This document shows, in pieces, positions 39,577 to 49,252 of a DNA stretch of 64,000 nucleotides. Below the pieces are notes generated by a model. That model had not been told where the DNA came from and made no database searches. It saw only the letters and a list, made by a program, of their open reading frames with translations. Location of the stretch: NCBI GenBank assembly GCA_963851265.1, contig CAWKNZ010000002.1:64001-128000 (forward strand). The letters are read 5' to 3'. Source of the stretch: an uncultured Gemmatimonadales bacterium. GTDB lineage: Bacteria > Gemmatimonadota > Gemmatimonadetes > Gemmatimonadales > Gemmatimonadaceae. Made by a program: the position numbers and the translations under genes. Every line of letters starts with the position of its first letter. Within the stretch, counting starts at the first letter, position 1.

Positions 39577-40310
39577 GCGACGCTCCGCACGCGCGGGGCC
39601 GAGGTCACAACGTGCACGAGGTCGCGCACGCAGCGTGCTCGTGCGACGTCGGAGGGGTGCAACTCGACGCCGAACGCCTCTTCGAGGGCCAGCAGCACGT
39701 GCGCGCTTCCGTCGGCGTCCCAGCCGCGGACGGCTGCACACGCGGCGTCGAGGTGCGGCGGGGCGACGAGCCCGAAGGCGCGGGCGACGATCGTCGGTAC
39801 TACGACCGCGGCATCGGGGTCGAGTGGGCGTGCGGGCACGCCGCCGATCCGCGCGCCGTCCGGAACGGTGCCGCGCACCACGCTGCCCGGCGCCACGCGC
39901 ACGCCGGCGCCGATCACGGCGCCGCGCAGGACCGTCACGTTAGCGCCGATGGTGGCGCCGTCGCCGATGACGATCGGGGTACATTCAGGGCGCGCGTGGA
40001 AGTCGTCGGCGACGTGGAAATCGGTGTCGAGAATCATCGAGAACGGGCCGACGACGACGTCGTGGCCGATGCGCACGTGTGCGTGGGCGGTGATGCCGAC
40101 GCCGTGGTCTATGGTGACGCGGTCGCCGATCTCGAGCGAGGCCCCCGGGCCGGTGACGAGGTGGGTCGGGACGGGCGTCGCATTGAGCACGAAGGCGTGC
40201 CCGATGGTGATGCGTCCGAGGTTCTCGACCGCGGGGCGGCCGCGGACGCGCGCGCCGCGACCGACGCGCTCACAGGTCGCGAACAGCGACGACGGCAGGT
40301 GTGCGCTCAT
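39573..40310 (-). CDS. LbH acyltransferase with C-terminal ACP-like domain
   Basis: ILDTDFH, PIVIGDG, GGVPAR; tail GWDADG..LLALEEAFGVEL. Confidence 0.75.
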   Translation of the reverse strand: MSAHLPSSLFATCERVGRGARVRGRPAVENLGRITIGHAFVLNATPVPTHLVTGPGASLEIGDRVTIDHGVGITAHAHVRIGHDVVVGPFSMILDTDFHVADDFHARPECTPIVIGDGATIGANVTVLRGAVIGAGVRVAPGSVVRGTVPDGARIGGVPARPLDPDAAVVVPTIVARAFGLVAPPHLDAACAAVRGWDADGSAHVLLALEEAFGVELHPSDVARARCVRDLVHVVTSAPRVRSVA

Positions 40311-42070
40311 CGGACGATTTCGAGGATCGGGGATTCATCGACGGTGTCGGTCGGTTCGGTCTCGGCGGCCGCGTCGGGCGCGTCGAAGCAGTGCAGCGCG
40401 GCGAGGGCCTGCGGATAGCGGAGCCGGTCGGCCGGCCAGTCGGGGACGAGCACGTCGGGAAGCGCGTCGCGGACGCGCGCGCGTTCGGCCGGATCGGCAT
40501 CGACGAACACGACGTGCTGGAGCGCGATGCCGAGCTCGGAGGCGAGGTCGGCGACGTGTCGCACCTTGTCGCCGCCCATGCGTCGCGCGGCGAAGTCGGT
40601 GTCCCGCAGCAGGACGTCGGGCTGTTGGCGGAGCATGTCGAACACGACGGATTCGGCGTCGCTGCTCGCGAGGGCGAGCACGACGCCGCGGCGTGCGAGC
40701 CGGCGGACGGCTCGTTGGAAGTCGGCGAGCGCGGCGCGCTCGGTCGCGTGCGCGCCCGCGTGTTGGGCATCGCGCGCGGCATCAGGGCGGCCGTGATTCC
40801 ACCAGGTGTGGTCGAGGCCGAGCACGAGCAGGGTGCGCGCGTGTCCGAGGGCGCCGCGCACGGTAGCCTTGATGTCGCATGCCGCCGCCGCGACGGCGTT
40901 GGGAGGCAAGGCGACGGCGCCGAGGTACCACGCGCGGGCGGCGCGGTCGTCGATCCCGGCGGCGGCCCGCCAGCGGGTCGCGTCGAGAACGAACACGTTC
41001 GGCATCTCCGCCGCGCGTTCCATGAGTCGAGCGTTCATGCGGGTGGTCATCCACGCGTTGCCGCCCGGTCGCGCGTCGCGCATACCGAGGCCGCGGTCGC
41101 CGGCGGCGAGGGACCAGGTGGGGGCGATGACGACGCGGAAGCGTGTGGCGCCGGCCTCGATCGCGTCGCAGAAGGCGTCGACGTCGGCGAGGATCTCCTC
41201 GTCGGTGACCGGGGCGCCGTCGAGGGCACGGGCGAACGCCGGCGACACCTGGTCGGGGCGCGTCCAGACGACGGCGAAATCGGCGTGTTGCGCGTCTGGG
41301 AGGGCAGGCAAGAGCGGCGCCCGCAGGTCGAGGGGCGCGGCGACGGCGACCATCGCCGGGGCGTCGGTCGAATCGGCGAGACGCGCGACGAGCTCGCGCG
41401 TCGCGAAGTCCGAGACCACGACGCCGCGCGGCGTGGAGCCCGCGGGCGCGTCGGCGCGCGAGTGCCTAGCGGCCGGCGGCGCTCCGCCCGGCGCGCGTAT
41501 CGGGCGGAGCACGCGGGCCGGCACGCCGCCGGCGAGCACGCCGGGCGGTATCTCGCCCTCGACGACGCTGCCCGCGGCGATCGTGGAGCCGGCGCCAATG
41601 CGCGCGCCGGGGCGAAGCGTGACCCGGCCGGCGAGCCACACGCCGTCGCCGACGACGATCGGCTCGGCGGCGTCGTCGGGGCGCTCGGCGTCGCTCACGA
41701 CGCAGTAGGGCCCGATGTTCACGCCGTCACCGATGGTCACCGAGGACGTGGCGACGAGGAGTGAGCCGAAGTTGAGGAGGAGTTTGTTGCCGATGCGCAG
41801 GGTGGCGCCCGGGCCGGCGGCGAGTTCGCAGGGGGCCGGGCCCGCGTTGATCACGAGATCGTCGCCGATGGTGATCGATCCCTCGTTGCGGACCACCGGA
41901 CGCCCCAACACGCGCGGGCGGGCGCCGACGCGGTCACACGCGCGCAGGCGGTGCGGGGCGAGAGCGGAGGCGGCGATGTAGCGCCGGCCCTTCGCGATGC
42001 GTGCCCCGACGGGGAGGTCGCGGTCGCGGGCGAGGCTGCGCGCGATCTTCTGGAGGAGGGGGGGCTTCAT
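40307..42070 (-). CDS. LbH acyltransferase fused to a truncated, degenerate FkbH-like domain
   Basis: N-terminal LbH (GGVPAR); FkbH-like LVLGLDHTWW, RGVVLALAS, VFVDADPAER..VRDALPDV. Confidence 0.75.
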   Translation of the reverse strand: MKPPLLQKIARSLARDRDLPVGARIAKGRRYIAASALAPHRLRACDRVGARPRVLGRPVVRNEGSITIGDDLVINAGPAPCELAAGPGATLRIGNKLLLNFGSLLVATSSVTIGDGVNIGPYCVVSDAERPDDAAEPIVVGDGVWLAGRVTLRPGARIGAGSTIAAGSVVEGEIPPGVLAGGVPARVLRPIRAPGGAPPAARHSRADAPAGSTPRGVVVSDFATRELVARLADSTDAPAMVAVAAPLDLRAPLLPALPDAQHADFAVVWTRPDQVSPAFARALDGAPVTDEEILADVDAFCDAIEAGATRFRVVIAPTWSLAAGDRGLGMRDARPGGNAWMTTRMNARLMERAAEMPNVFVLDATRWRAAAGIDDRAARAWYLGAVALPPNAVAAAACDIKATVRGALGHARTLLVLGLDHTWWNHGRPDAARDAQHAGAHATERAALADFQRAVRRLARRGVVLALASSDAESVVFDMLRQQPDVLLRDTDFAARRMGGDKVRHVADLASELGIALQHVVFVDADPAERARVRDALPDVLVPDWPADRLRYPQALAALHCFDAPDAAAETEPTDTVDESPILEIVR

Positions 42071-42095
42071 GCGGCGGGTGGCTGGGGGCGGTGCG

Positions 42096-43628
42096 TCAGG
42101 CGGTGGCGACGCCGGCGCGCCGGCCGGCGCCGAGCGCGCCCTGAGCGAAGCCCCGGAGCTCGCGCGGGTTCACGGCGCCCGTGGCGACGACGCCTGCGGC
42201 GTAGACGATGGCGTCGGCAGCTAGGCGCCAGACGCCCGTTGGCGCGAGGAAGTGGTCGGCGACGAGGACGGCGGCGCAGACGCCCGCGGTCTTGGCGAGG
42301 ACGACGGCGAGGCGGCGGTCGACGCCGCGGCGGCCGATGAGCCAGGCCATCATGCCGGCGGCGTAGAGTTCTGTGAGGACGAGCGCGGCGCCCGCGCCGA
42401 CGCCGGCGCCGCCCGGGCCTAACGCGCGCAAGCCGTGCGGCACGAGCCACAGGTTGAGCAGCGGCGAGAGCAGCATGCCGGACATCGACACCCAGCTCAC
42501 GGCCCAGCCGCGCTCGAGGCGGACGAGGACGCTCGCGCTCACCATGGCCGCGTACGTGAGCACGAACGTCGGCGCGAGCAAGCGGAGGCTCATCGCCGCG
42601 GGGGCGAAGGCGCGGCCGAACGCCAGCGCGACGATGGGGTCTGCGGCGACGTAGAGGCCGAGCGACGCCGGGATCGCGAGCGAGAGGATCATCTCCATCG
42701 ACCGGCGCGTGACCAGCATGAGCTCGTCCTCGGAGCGGGCGGCCGCGCGCGAGGTGAGTGGGAGGAGGACCCAGCCGATGAGCGGCGACAGCAGCAGCGA
42801 CATGCCGGCGAGCGTGCCCGCCGCGCCGTACCATCCGACCTCGGTGTCGTTGGTGAGGAACGACATGATGCTGACGTCGACCTTGCAGTAGATCGTCTGC
42901 GCGACGCTGGCCGTGAAGAACGGCAGGCTGGCGCGGATGACGGCGAGCGAGGCGGCGGTGTCGATGCGGAAGCGGAGGCCGACGTGGCGCCGGGAGAGGA
43001 TGGCGAGGGCGGCGGCCTTGAGCGCCTCGGAGGCGAGCATGGCGACGGCGACGCCGATCACGCCCTGGCCGAACGCGAGCGCGACGGCGATGCCGATGCC
43101 CCACACGACCTTTGACGCGACGTTCCAGACGGAGAGGCCGTCGACTTGGCCGACCGCCTGCAGCATCGCCGCGTAAATCGCGTTGAGGTTGAAAATGACT
43201 TGGGCGACGCCGAGCACGACGACGAGGCGGAGCACGTCGTGCGGCTTGCCGGCGACGCCGAGCGCGGCGACGCCCGCGACGAGCACGATGGCGCTGAGCG
43301 CGAGTCGGAGGACGAAGGTGCCCCCGAAGAAGTCGTTCGCGTGCTCGCTGCGGGTGGCGAGTTCCTTCCGGACGTAGGTGTCGAGCCCGAGGCTCGCGGC
43401 GATGAAGATCGTCGACGTGAACGCGTCGGCGAACTGAAAGCCGCCGAAGGCCGCGGGGCCGAGGTGGCGCGGGAGGGCGATGCGGACGAGCAGGCCGACG
43501 GCCCAGGTGCCGACGAGCGATCCGCCGAGTTTGGCCGCGTCGCGCATGGCTCGCCACACGTCGCCGCGCAACTCGCCGCGGTCACGGGGGATCGCGGGCG
43601 CGGCGGCCAGGGTCGGGCCGTAGATCAT
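42096..43628 (-). CDS. wzx: Wzx flippase
   Basis: About 12-14 TMs, LPRHLGP..FG, IYCKVDVSIM, VGWYGAA. Confidence 0.85.
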   Translation of the reverse strand: MIYGPTLAAAPAIPRDRGELRGDVWRAMRDAAKLGGSLVGTWAVGLLVRIALPRHLGPAAFGGFQFADAFTSTIFIAASLGLDTYVRKELATRSEHANDFFGGTFVLRLALSAIVLVAGVAALGVAGKPHDVLRLVVVLGVAQVIFNLNAIYAAMLQAVGQVDGLSVWNVASKVVWGIGIAVALAFGQGVIGVAVAMLASEALKAAALAILSRRHVGLRFRIDTAASLAVIRASLPFFTASVAQTIYCKVDVSIMSFLTNDTEVGWYGAAGTLAGMSLLLSPLIGWVLLPLTSRAAARSEDELMLVTRRSMEMILSLAIPASLGLYVAADPIVALAFGRAFAPAAMSLRLLAPTFVLTYAAMVSASVLVRLERGWAVSWVSMSGMLLSPLLNLWLVPHGLRALGPGGAGVGAGAALVLTELYAAGMMAWLIGRRGVDRRLAVVLAKTAGVCAAVLVADHFLAPTGVWRLAADAIVYAAGVVATGAVNPRELRGFAQGALGAGRRAGVATA

Positions 43629-43876
43629 GTGCGGGGCTACTCGGCGCGGTGTGAGGGGTGATCCGCGGGGGAGATGGGCGGATCGGAGGGGATGGGTGGC
43701 GCGCGGCAGCGGCCCGGGGTGCGGGCGCAGTGCCGTGTTCGCGCGACCCTGGGGAGTGTCGGACGGGTGCGCGGCGGAGTTCAGCGGCACGGCGGCGGGG
43801 CACAAACGACGAGCCGCCGGCGCGAGCATGCTCGCGCCGGCGGCTTCAGGTGGGGCGTGGCTGAAAGACGCCTCGA

Positions 43877-45589
43877 TCAGTACAGGGTCTGGCCGTTACC
43901 GAGGAGGCCGACCTGACAGTCGACGGAACTGTTGAGGCACTGCGTCACGATCGTGCGCATGGTGTTCGTGTCCCAGCCGAGCATCCAGTCGGCGTGGGCG
44001 GAGTAGCCGCCCGGGAGGGCGGTGCTGTACATGTCGGAACTCAGGCGCCACCGGGCAGGGACAGAGCCGGGGAGCACGGGAAAGTCGAAGTGCTCGGTGA
44101 TCTCGGGGAGGGGAACCGGGTGGTCGGCGGGGCACGTGCTCCGGCCCTGCGTGTTCGAGTAGTTGGGGAAGGCCATGTGGCTCTTGTGGTCCGGCGCGTC
44201 GAGGTTGCGGCCGTCCCAGCACTGTGGGAAGATGACCGTCAGGCGCACCGCGTCGCCCACGCCGCACTGCGGGATGCTGCCGGTCGCGTTGTTGCCGTTC
44301 GCGCTGACGCAGCTCCACGAGATGCCGTAGGGCTGATCGCTCGTGCTGGCCGCGCGCATGTTGCCGGCGATGATGCGCAGCCCTTGCGGGAAGGGTTGGA
44401 TCGCGGTCGGGTTCATGTCGTACCCGGTCTTGTAGTAGACGACGGCGAGGTCGGGCACCTGAGCGGTGCTCGTCGCGGGGTCGACGACGGCGGGCATCCA
44501 GTACGCGGAGCGGTTGAGCGTTCCGCCGAGGCAGGTGCCGTTGCCCGAGGTGCTGAGCGAGGCCGCGGTGGACGCGGCGCTCACTCCGGTGTTGCCGAAA
44601 AACATGTGCAGGTGGGAGGCTCCGGCCTGCCCGGGGAAGACGATCGGATCGTCGAAGGCGAACTTGGTCATCCCGCACGTGGTGCGGAACGCGCCTTCCC
44701 CGGGGATGTAGCTCGGCGCCTCGGTCGTCGCCGTCGTCTGCGGGCCGGAGGCGCCCGGGGAGCCGAGCGGGACGGTGATCGTCGTGCCGAGCCCGTTCAT
44801 GCCGGCCATCGGGTTGGCCAGCGTCGTCGTCTGCATGGGGCCGTAGTCGCAGTGGAGCGGCTGGCCGGGCGCGGGGTTCTGGCCGCCGAAGGCGTACGTG
44901 GCGCAGGGGACGCCGTGGTAGGCGGTCTGCTGCACGTAGGGTCCGTTAGGCCCACCGAGGCGCACCGCCCGCAGCCCCATGAAGTCGCACGCGTACCCCG
45001 CGGTGGCGCACTGCGTCCACGCGGTGGTGGCGGGGGGCGCCGGGGTCGGCGGGGGTGTGGGGGCTACGGGCTGCAGCGTCCAGCGCTGATTGGGGCCGGC
45101 GTAGCACGTCCAGAGCTGGACGCGCGCACCCGGGGTGGTCGAGAAGTTCTCGACGTCGACGCACTTGCCGGCGATGCCGACGATGGTACCCGCGTTCGTG
45201 ATCGTCCACTTCTGGTTGGAACCGCCGTGGCAGTTCCACATCAGGACAGTTTCGCCGTTCAGACCCGTGCCGCCGTCGGCGTCCATGCAGAACGCGCCGT
45301 TGTAGAGCGACAGCTCGCCCCTCGCGGTGACCGTGAAACGCTGGTTGGCCGCTCCGCTGCAGACGGCGGTGACGAGGATCGTGCCCGCGGTCTGGCCGGT
45401 GCCGTTGACGCTGGCGCACAGGGTGGGAGCGAGCGCGCTGACGAGGGACACCGTGGTGCCGGCGACTGGCGCCGCGTCGGTGATGGTCTGCGTCGTCAGC
45501 GGCTTCGGCGCGGTGGGGGCGATCGCGTCGCTGCAGGCGCCGGCGACGAGCCACGCGACGACGCCCACGAGGTAGCGCAAGGATCGCAT
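43877..45589 (-). CDS. Lipoprotein: ricin-B lectin + Cys-rich module + DUF1996
   Basis: Lipobox VAGAC; NQRF/NQKW/NQRW repeats; DDPIVFPG, HLHMFFGN, NRSAYW, FPQCWDG, HADW. Confidence 0.8.
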   Translation of the reverse strand: MRSLRYLVGVVAWLVAGACSDAIAPTAPKPLTTQTITDAAPVAGTTVSLVSALAPTLCASVNGTGQTAGTILVTAVCSGAANQRFTVTARGELSLYNGAFCMDADGGTGLNGETVLMWNCHGGSNQKWTITNAGTIVGIAGKCVDVENFSTTPGARVQLWTCYAGPNQRWTLQPVAPTPPPTPAPPATTAWTQCATAGYACDFMGLRAVRLGGPNGPYVQQTAYHGVPCATYAFGGQNPAPGQPLHCDYGPMQTTTLANPMAGMNGLGTTITVPLGSPGASGPQTTATTEAPSYIPGEGAFRTTCGMTKFAFDDPIVFPGQAGASHLHMFFGNTGVSAASTAASLSTSGNGTCLGGTLNRSAYWMPAVVDPATSTAQVPDLAVVYYKTGYDMNPTAIQPFPQGLRIIAGNMRAASTSDQPYGISWSCVSANGNNATGSIPQCGVGDAVRLTVIFPQCWDGRNLDAPDHKSHMAFPNYSNTQGRSTCPADHPVPLPEITEHFDFPVLPGSVPARWRLSSDMYSTALPGGYSAHADWMLGWDTNTMRTIVTQCLNSSVDCQVGLLGNGQTLY

Positions 45590-45630
45590 CAGAGGGACGG
45601 GGGAGGTGACTGGCAGGCGGTGCGCGGACG

Positions 45631-47112
45631 TCACGGCGCGACGGCGGTGTACGTGGCGCGGAGGATGGGGTCCTGCTGTCCGCTCGCGGCGTTGGGCACG
45701 TGCCCCTCGCCGAGGGTCCAGACGATCGCGCCGCCGAGCCCTTGCGCGGCGACGTAGGCACCCTTCTCGCCCGCGGACTGCGGGTTTTCGTAGGAGACGA
45801 AGGTGCACTGCTGCGGGCCGGCGGCGGCCGCGAAGCTGAGGTAGCCCATGCGGGCGGTCGCGTCCCAGTGGTAGGCCGCGGCGCTGTAGTACTGGCCGAC
45901 GATGTTGGCGTAGCTCATCGCGTTGTCGCTGGCGACGACGTCGGCGCCGGCGGTGAGCGTCTGGAGCGGGGCCGTCACGCCGCGCCAGCAAGAGCCGTAG
46001 GTGCCGATGCCCACGCCGAGCTTGGTCGCGGGGACGCCGGCGGCGCGGTACGCCGCGATCGTGCTCGAGACGGAACTCGGGTGGTCGGAGCCCTCGCCGT
46101 AGAGGGCGGCGGAGTGCCAGGACACCCATCCGTTCCAGTTACCGGCCATCTCGTAGGACATGACGTTCATCTGGTCGACGAGCGGGGCGAGCTGGGCGTA
46201 CCAGGTGTCGGCGCCGAAGTTGGCGTTGACCCAGCCGACCGGTGCGGTGAGGAGCAGGCCCGGACGTGCCGTGCGCAGGTCGCGGAGAAACTGGAGGAGC
46301 TGGGGCTTGTCGCTGTCGTTGAGCGGCTCCCAGTCGACGTCGAGCCCGTCGTAGCGGAGCGAGTCGAGGGTGCGGAGCAGGTTGCCGACGAACGCCGCGC
46401 GGTAGCTGTCGGAGGTCGCGCTCACGAGGCTGTCGTGGTAGCCGGCGCCGCCGAGCATGAGGATGGCCTTGCGCCCCGCGGCGTGTGCGCGCGTCGACAG
46501 GTTGCGGGCCATGATCGGCCCGTTGGTGTTGTCGAGGTAGAAGTCGGTGGTGACGCCGCCGGTGCTGGTCGCCTGGACGGCGCCGAGCACGACGTGTGTC
46601 ATGTACGTGAAGTCGACGCTCGTCTCGGGGTACGCCGAACGCTGGTAGCCGGCGTAGTAGCCGGTGACCCAGTGCCCCTGCCCGGCCGCGACCGGCGCCG
46701 TCGGGGTGACGGCTGGCGAGGGTTGTGAAGCGGGGCCGGTGCCCGCGGCGTTTCGGGCGACGACGGTGAAGGTGTACGCGGTGCCGTTGGTGAGCCCGGT
46801 GACGGTCGCGGTGGTGGTCGGAGCGCTCACCGTGGTGGTGGCGCCGCCCGGGGCGGCCGTGACCGTGTAGCTGACGATCGAGCTACCGCCGGAGCTGGAC
46901 GGTGCCTTCCACGACGCGGTGGCCCGCGCGTTGCCGGCCGCGGCACTGACGGTGAGCGGTGCCGACGGGACGGCGGCGCGCTGCCTCGAATCGAGGGGCG
47001 CGGCGGCGGATGCCGTGCGGGGGGCCGTCGCGTCGGGCGAGCAGGCGGTAAGCGCCGCGAGGGCCAGGGGCACCGGGGTGCCGAGGGCGCGGCGGATCGT
47101 TTGACACTTCAA
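45631..47112 (-). CDS. Lipoprotein: Fn3 + GH18 chitinase-like hydrolase
   Basis: Lipobox LTAC, Fn3 (GLTNGTAYTFTVVARN), DGLDVDWE catalytic motif, MSYE, GGAIVW; GGAG upstream of TTG 47112. Confidence 0.88.
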   Translation of the reverse strand: MKCQTIRRALGTPVPLALAALTACSPDATAPRTASAAAPLDSRQRAAVPSAPLTVSAAAGNARATASWKAPSSSGGSSIVSYTVTAAPGGATTTVSAPTTTATVTGLTNGTAYTFTVVARNAAGTGPASQPSPAVTPTAPVAAGQGHWVTGYYAGYQRSAYPETSVDFTYMTHVVLGAVQATSTGGVTTDFYLDNTNGPIMARNLSTRAHAAGRKAILMLGGAGYHDSLVSATSDSYRAAFVGNLLRTLDSLRYDGLDVDWEPLNDSDKPQLLQFLRDLRTARPGLLLTAPVGWVNANFGADTWYAQLAPLVDQMNVMSYEMAGNWNGWVSWHSAALYGEGSDHPSSVSSTIAAYRAAGVPATKLGVGIGTYGSCWRGVTAPLQTLTAGADVVASDNAMSYANIVGQYYSAAAYHWDATARMGYLSFAAAAGPQQCTFVSYENPQSAGEKGAYVAAQGLGGAIVWTLGEGHVPNAASGQQDPILRATYTAVAP

Positions 47113-47365
47113 CGCGGGACTCCGTAGGGCGGGGCGTGGGCGCGCGGGCGTACGAAGCGCGCCTGCGTCAGTGGACGCGGGCGCGACTCTTGGCCATGGA
47201 AACGGCGCGGCCATCGAACCGGCGGGAATGCGGGGGTCGCCGGCGCGCCGAGGCACGGCGCGGCGAGTTACGGCGCGGCGTATGCGCACCTCCGACCCGG
47301 CGCGCGGGTCGGTGGGCGCCTCCGACAGCTTCAGGACGAGAGCTAAGCGGAATGGCCGAGTACGG

Positions 47366-47381
47366 AGTGACTCCTGTCACA
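47366..47381. promoter_or_regulatory. CRP/FNR-family-like box
   Basis: AGTGA-ctcctg-TCACA, 9/10 match to TGTGA-N6-TCACA, in an AT-richer gap upstream of the GH18 gene. Confidence 0.4.
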
Positions 47382-47442
47382 CACGGCTGCCTATTCGCGA
47401 ATATTGACAACGTGTAGCAATTTCGCTGCGCGCCGCGTGCCG

Positions 47443-49173
47443 TTATGGCGTCAGGACGACGGTGCTGACGCTGAGCGCCGGCATCGCGTAGTCGAAGGCG
47501 TTGCCCGGCGCGAGCGCGAGGTCGGGGGCGCGCGCGGGGGCGGGTCCGGCGGCCGTGAGCGTGTAGACGCGGGCGGTGCGCAGCGCCGCGGTGTGGGCGA
47601 CGACGACGTGCGCGGTCTGGGCGGTGCGCCGCTTGTTGATGGCGACGAGGACGACGCGGCCGCGCGCGTCGAGGCTCGCGTAGACCGACGCGGCCGCGGC
47701 GTCGCTCGTCGTGGCGCCGACGCCGGTGTCGCCGAAGCGGCCGCCCGCGCCGTCGTAGTTGAGGAACATGCGGAACGCGGCGAAGGCGTAGGCATAGGCC
47801 ACCGCGCCGCGGCCGGCGTAGGGCGGGGCCCACGCGTTGGCCTGCGGCCAGAGCGCGGCCGCGTAGACGCCCTCGCGGCCGAAGATGCCTAACACATCGG
47901 CCTGTGCGACGCCGCCGGACACGTCGCCCGCGCGGCCGTAGTAGTACTCGCTGACCGCGAGGCGGGTGTCGGGGTAGTGCGCGGCGACGGCGTCGCGCAG
48001 GCGCGGCAGGAGCCGCACGGGCCCGCCCGTGACGTCCGATACCCAGCTGTGCTCGTCGTAGGTGGGGTCCCAGAGTGAGCGCGGCGCCTGCACCCGCGCC
48101 TCGACGGCGGCGGAGTCCTGTGGGGCGTTGTCGTTGGTGATGGGGCCGCCGCGCGTGCCGGCGGCGGGGTACCAGTGCACGTCGAGCACGTCGAGCAGGC
48201 GGCGCCCCTCCGCCGACTCGGCCGCGCGCAGGCGGTCGAGGTAGACGTCGACGAAGGCGTGCGCGCGCCAGTTGCCGTACACCGGGTCGTCGGCGGGGTA
48301 GCGACCGAGGGTGAGCACGCCCGTGTACGTGGCGAGCGCGGGGCCGAAGACGAGGGCGTCGGGCGCGGCGCGCTTGACCGCGCGGGCGAAGGCGATGGTG
48401 GTGTCGGCGAACGCGTCGTAGGTCTGGAGGCGGGGCGCCGCGGGGTCGTCGCCGCGGTCGCTCTCGATCTCCTTGTGCGTCGCGTGCCAGGAGTCGGGCT
48501 CGTTGTCGAGCGAGAACATGAGGCGCCGCGTGGTGTCGCCGGTCGCGCCGGGGAAGGTGCGGGTGGCCCAGCGCACGAACTCGTCCTGGTAGACCGGCGC
48601 ACCCGGGCCGGCTGTCGCGGACGTGGCGCCGTCGCGCGTGGGGGCGTTGCGCCGGAAGTGGGCGGCGAGGCGGGCGTCGCGCCCGGCGTCGCTCGTGCCG
48701 ACGTCGCAGTTGCACGCATCGCCGGCGACGTATGGCAGCATCGGAATCGTGGCGAGGAACGCGGCGCCGCGGGCGAATGCCCCGGCCGCGCGCACGCGCA
48801 CCGCCTCGCCGGGGACGGTGCTGGCGCTGAGGTACTGATCGTTGTGGAAGTGGTAGTCGTTGCCGGCGTTGGAATAGTTGGTTTGCCAGTTGTACGCGGA
48901 AAGGCGATTGCCGCCCATGCGGTCGAAGGTGGCCTCGGCGGGCGGGAGGGTGCCGGCCCACGCGGCGGAGTCGCCGGCCGCGTTCACGCCGTAGATGAGG
49001 CGTGAGATGGCGTGCCGCTCGGCGGTGTTCACGCGGAAGGTGAGCGGCGCCTGCGCGCCATCCGGCGGGGTCGTGCCGGGCGCGGTGGGCCGCGGCGCGT
49101 CGGCGCAGGTGACGACGGCGACGGCGGCGCAGAGGGCGGCGTAGGAGGCCAACGCGGAGGAAACAGTGGGCAC
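47443..49173 (-). CDS. Glycoside hydrolase family 44 (secreted or lipoprotein)
   Basis: ISRLIYGVN, GGNR..YNW..N.SNAGND, LDNEP, RLLDVLDVHWYP, RSLWDPTY, SEY, QADVLGIFG; start uncertain. Confidence 0.85.
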   Translation of the reverse strand: MPTVSSALASYAALCAAVAVVTCADAPRPTAPGTTPPDGAQAPLTFRVNTAERHAISRLIYGVNAAGDSAAWAGTLPPAEATFDRMGGNRLSAYNWQTNYSNAGNDYHFHNDQYLSASTVPGEAVRVRAAGAFARGAAFLATIPMLPYVAGDACNCDVGTSDAGRDARLAAHFRRNAPTRDGATSATAGPGAPVYQDEFVRWATRTFPGATGDTTRRLMFSLDNEPDSWHATHKEIESDRGDDPAAPRLQTYDAFADTTIAFARAVKRAAPDALVFGPALATYTGVLTLGRYPADDPVYGNWRAHAFVDVYLDRLRAAESAEGRRLLDVLDVHWYPAAGTRGGPITNDNAPQDSAAVEARVQAPRSLWDPTYDEHSWVSDVTGGPVRLLPRLRDAVAAHYPDTRLAVSEYYYGRAGDVSGGVAQADVLGIFGREGVYAAALWPQANAWAPPYAGRGAVAYAYAFAAFRMFLNYDGAGGRFGDTGVGATTSDAAAASVYASLDARGRVVLVAINKRRTAQTAHVVVAHTAALRTARVYTLTAAGPAPARAPDLALAPGNAFDYAMPALSVSTVVLTP

Positions 49174-49252
49174 GGGGGCGGCGGACGGGGAGCGGCTGGA
49201 TGGAGCGCGTTGCGGGTTGCGCGGTCGTTGGGCGTGCGTCTGGTGCGTACGT

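Noticed and set aside
8708..43628. Recent horizontal acquisition of the NRPS/EPS locus
   Set aside because: No visible GC shift or mobility genes, and the host octamer is as frequent inside the locus as outside
47101..47409. Perfect TTGACA hexamers at 47101 and 47404
   Set aside because: Plus strand, opposite to flanking genes, with no convincing -10 at 17 bp
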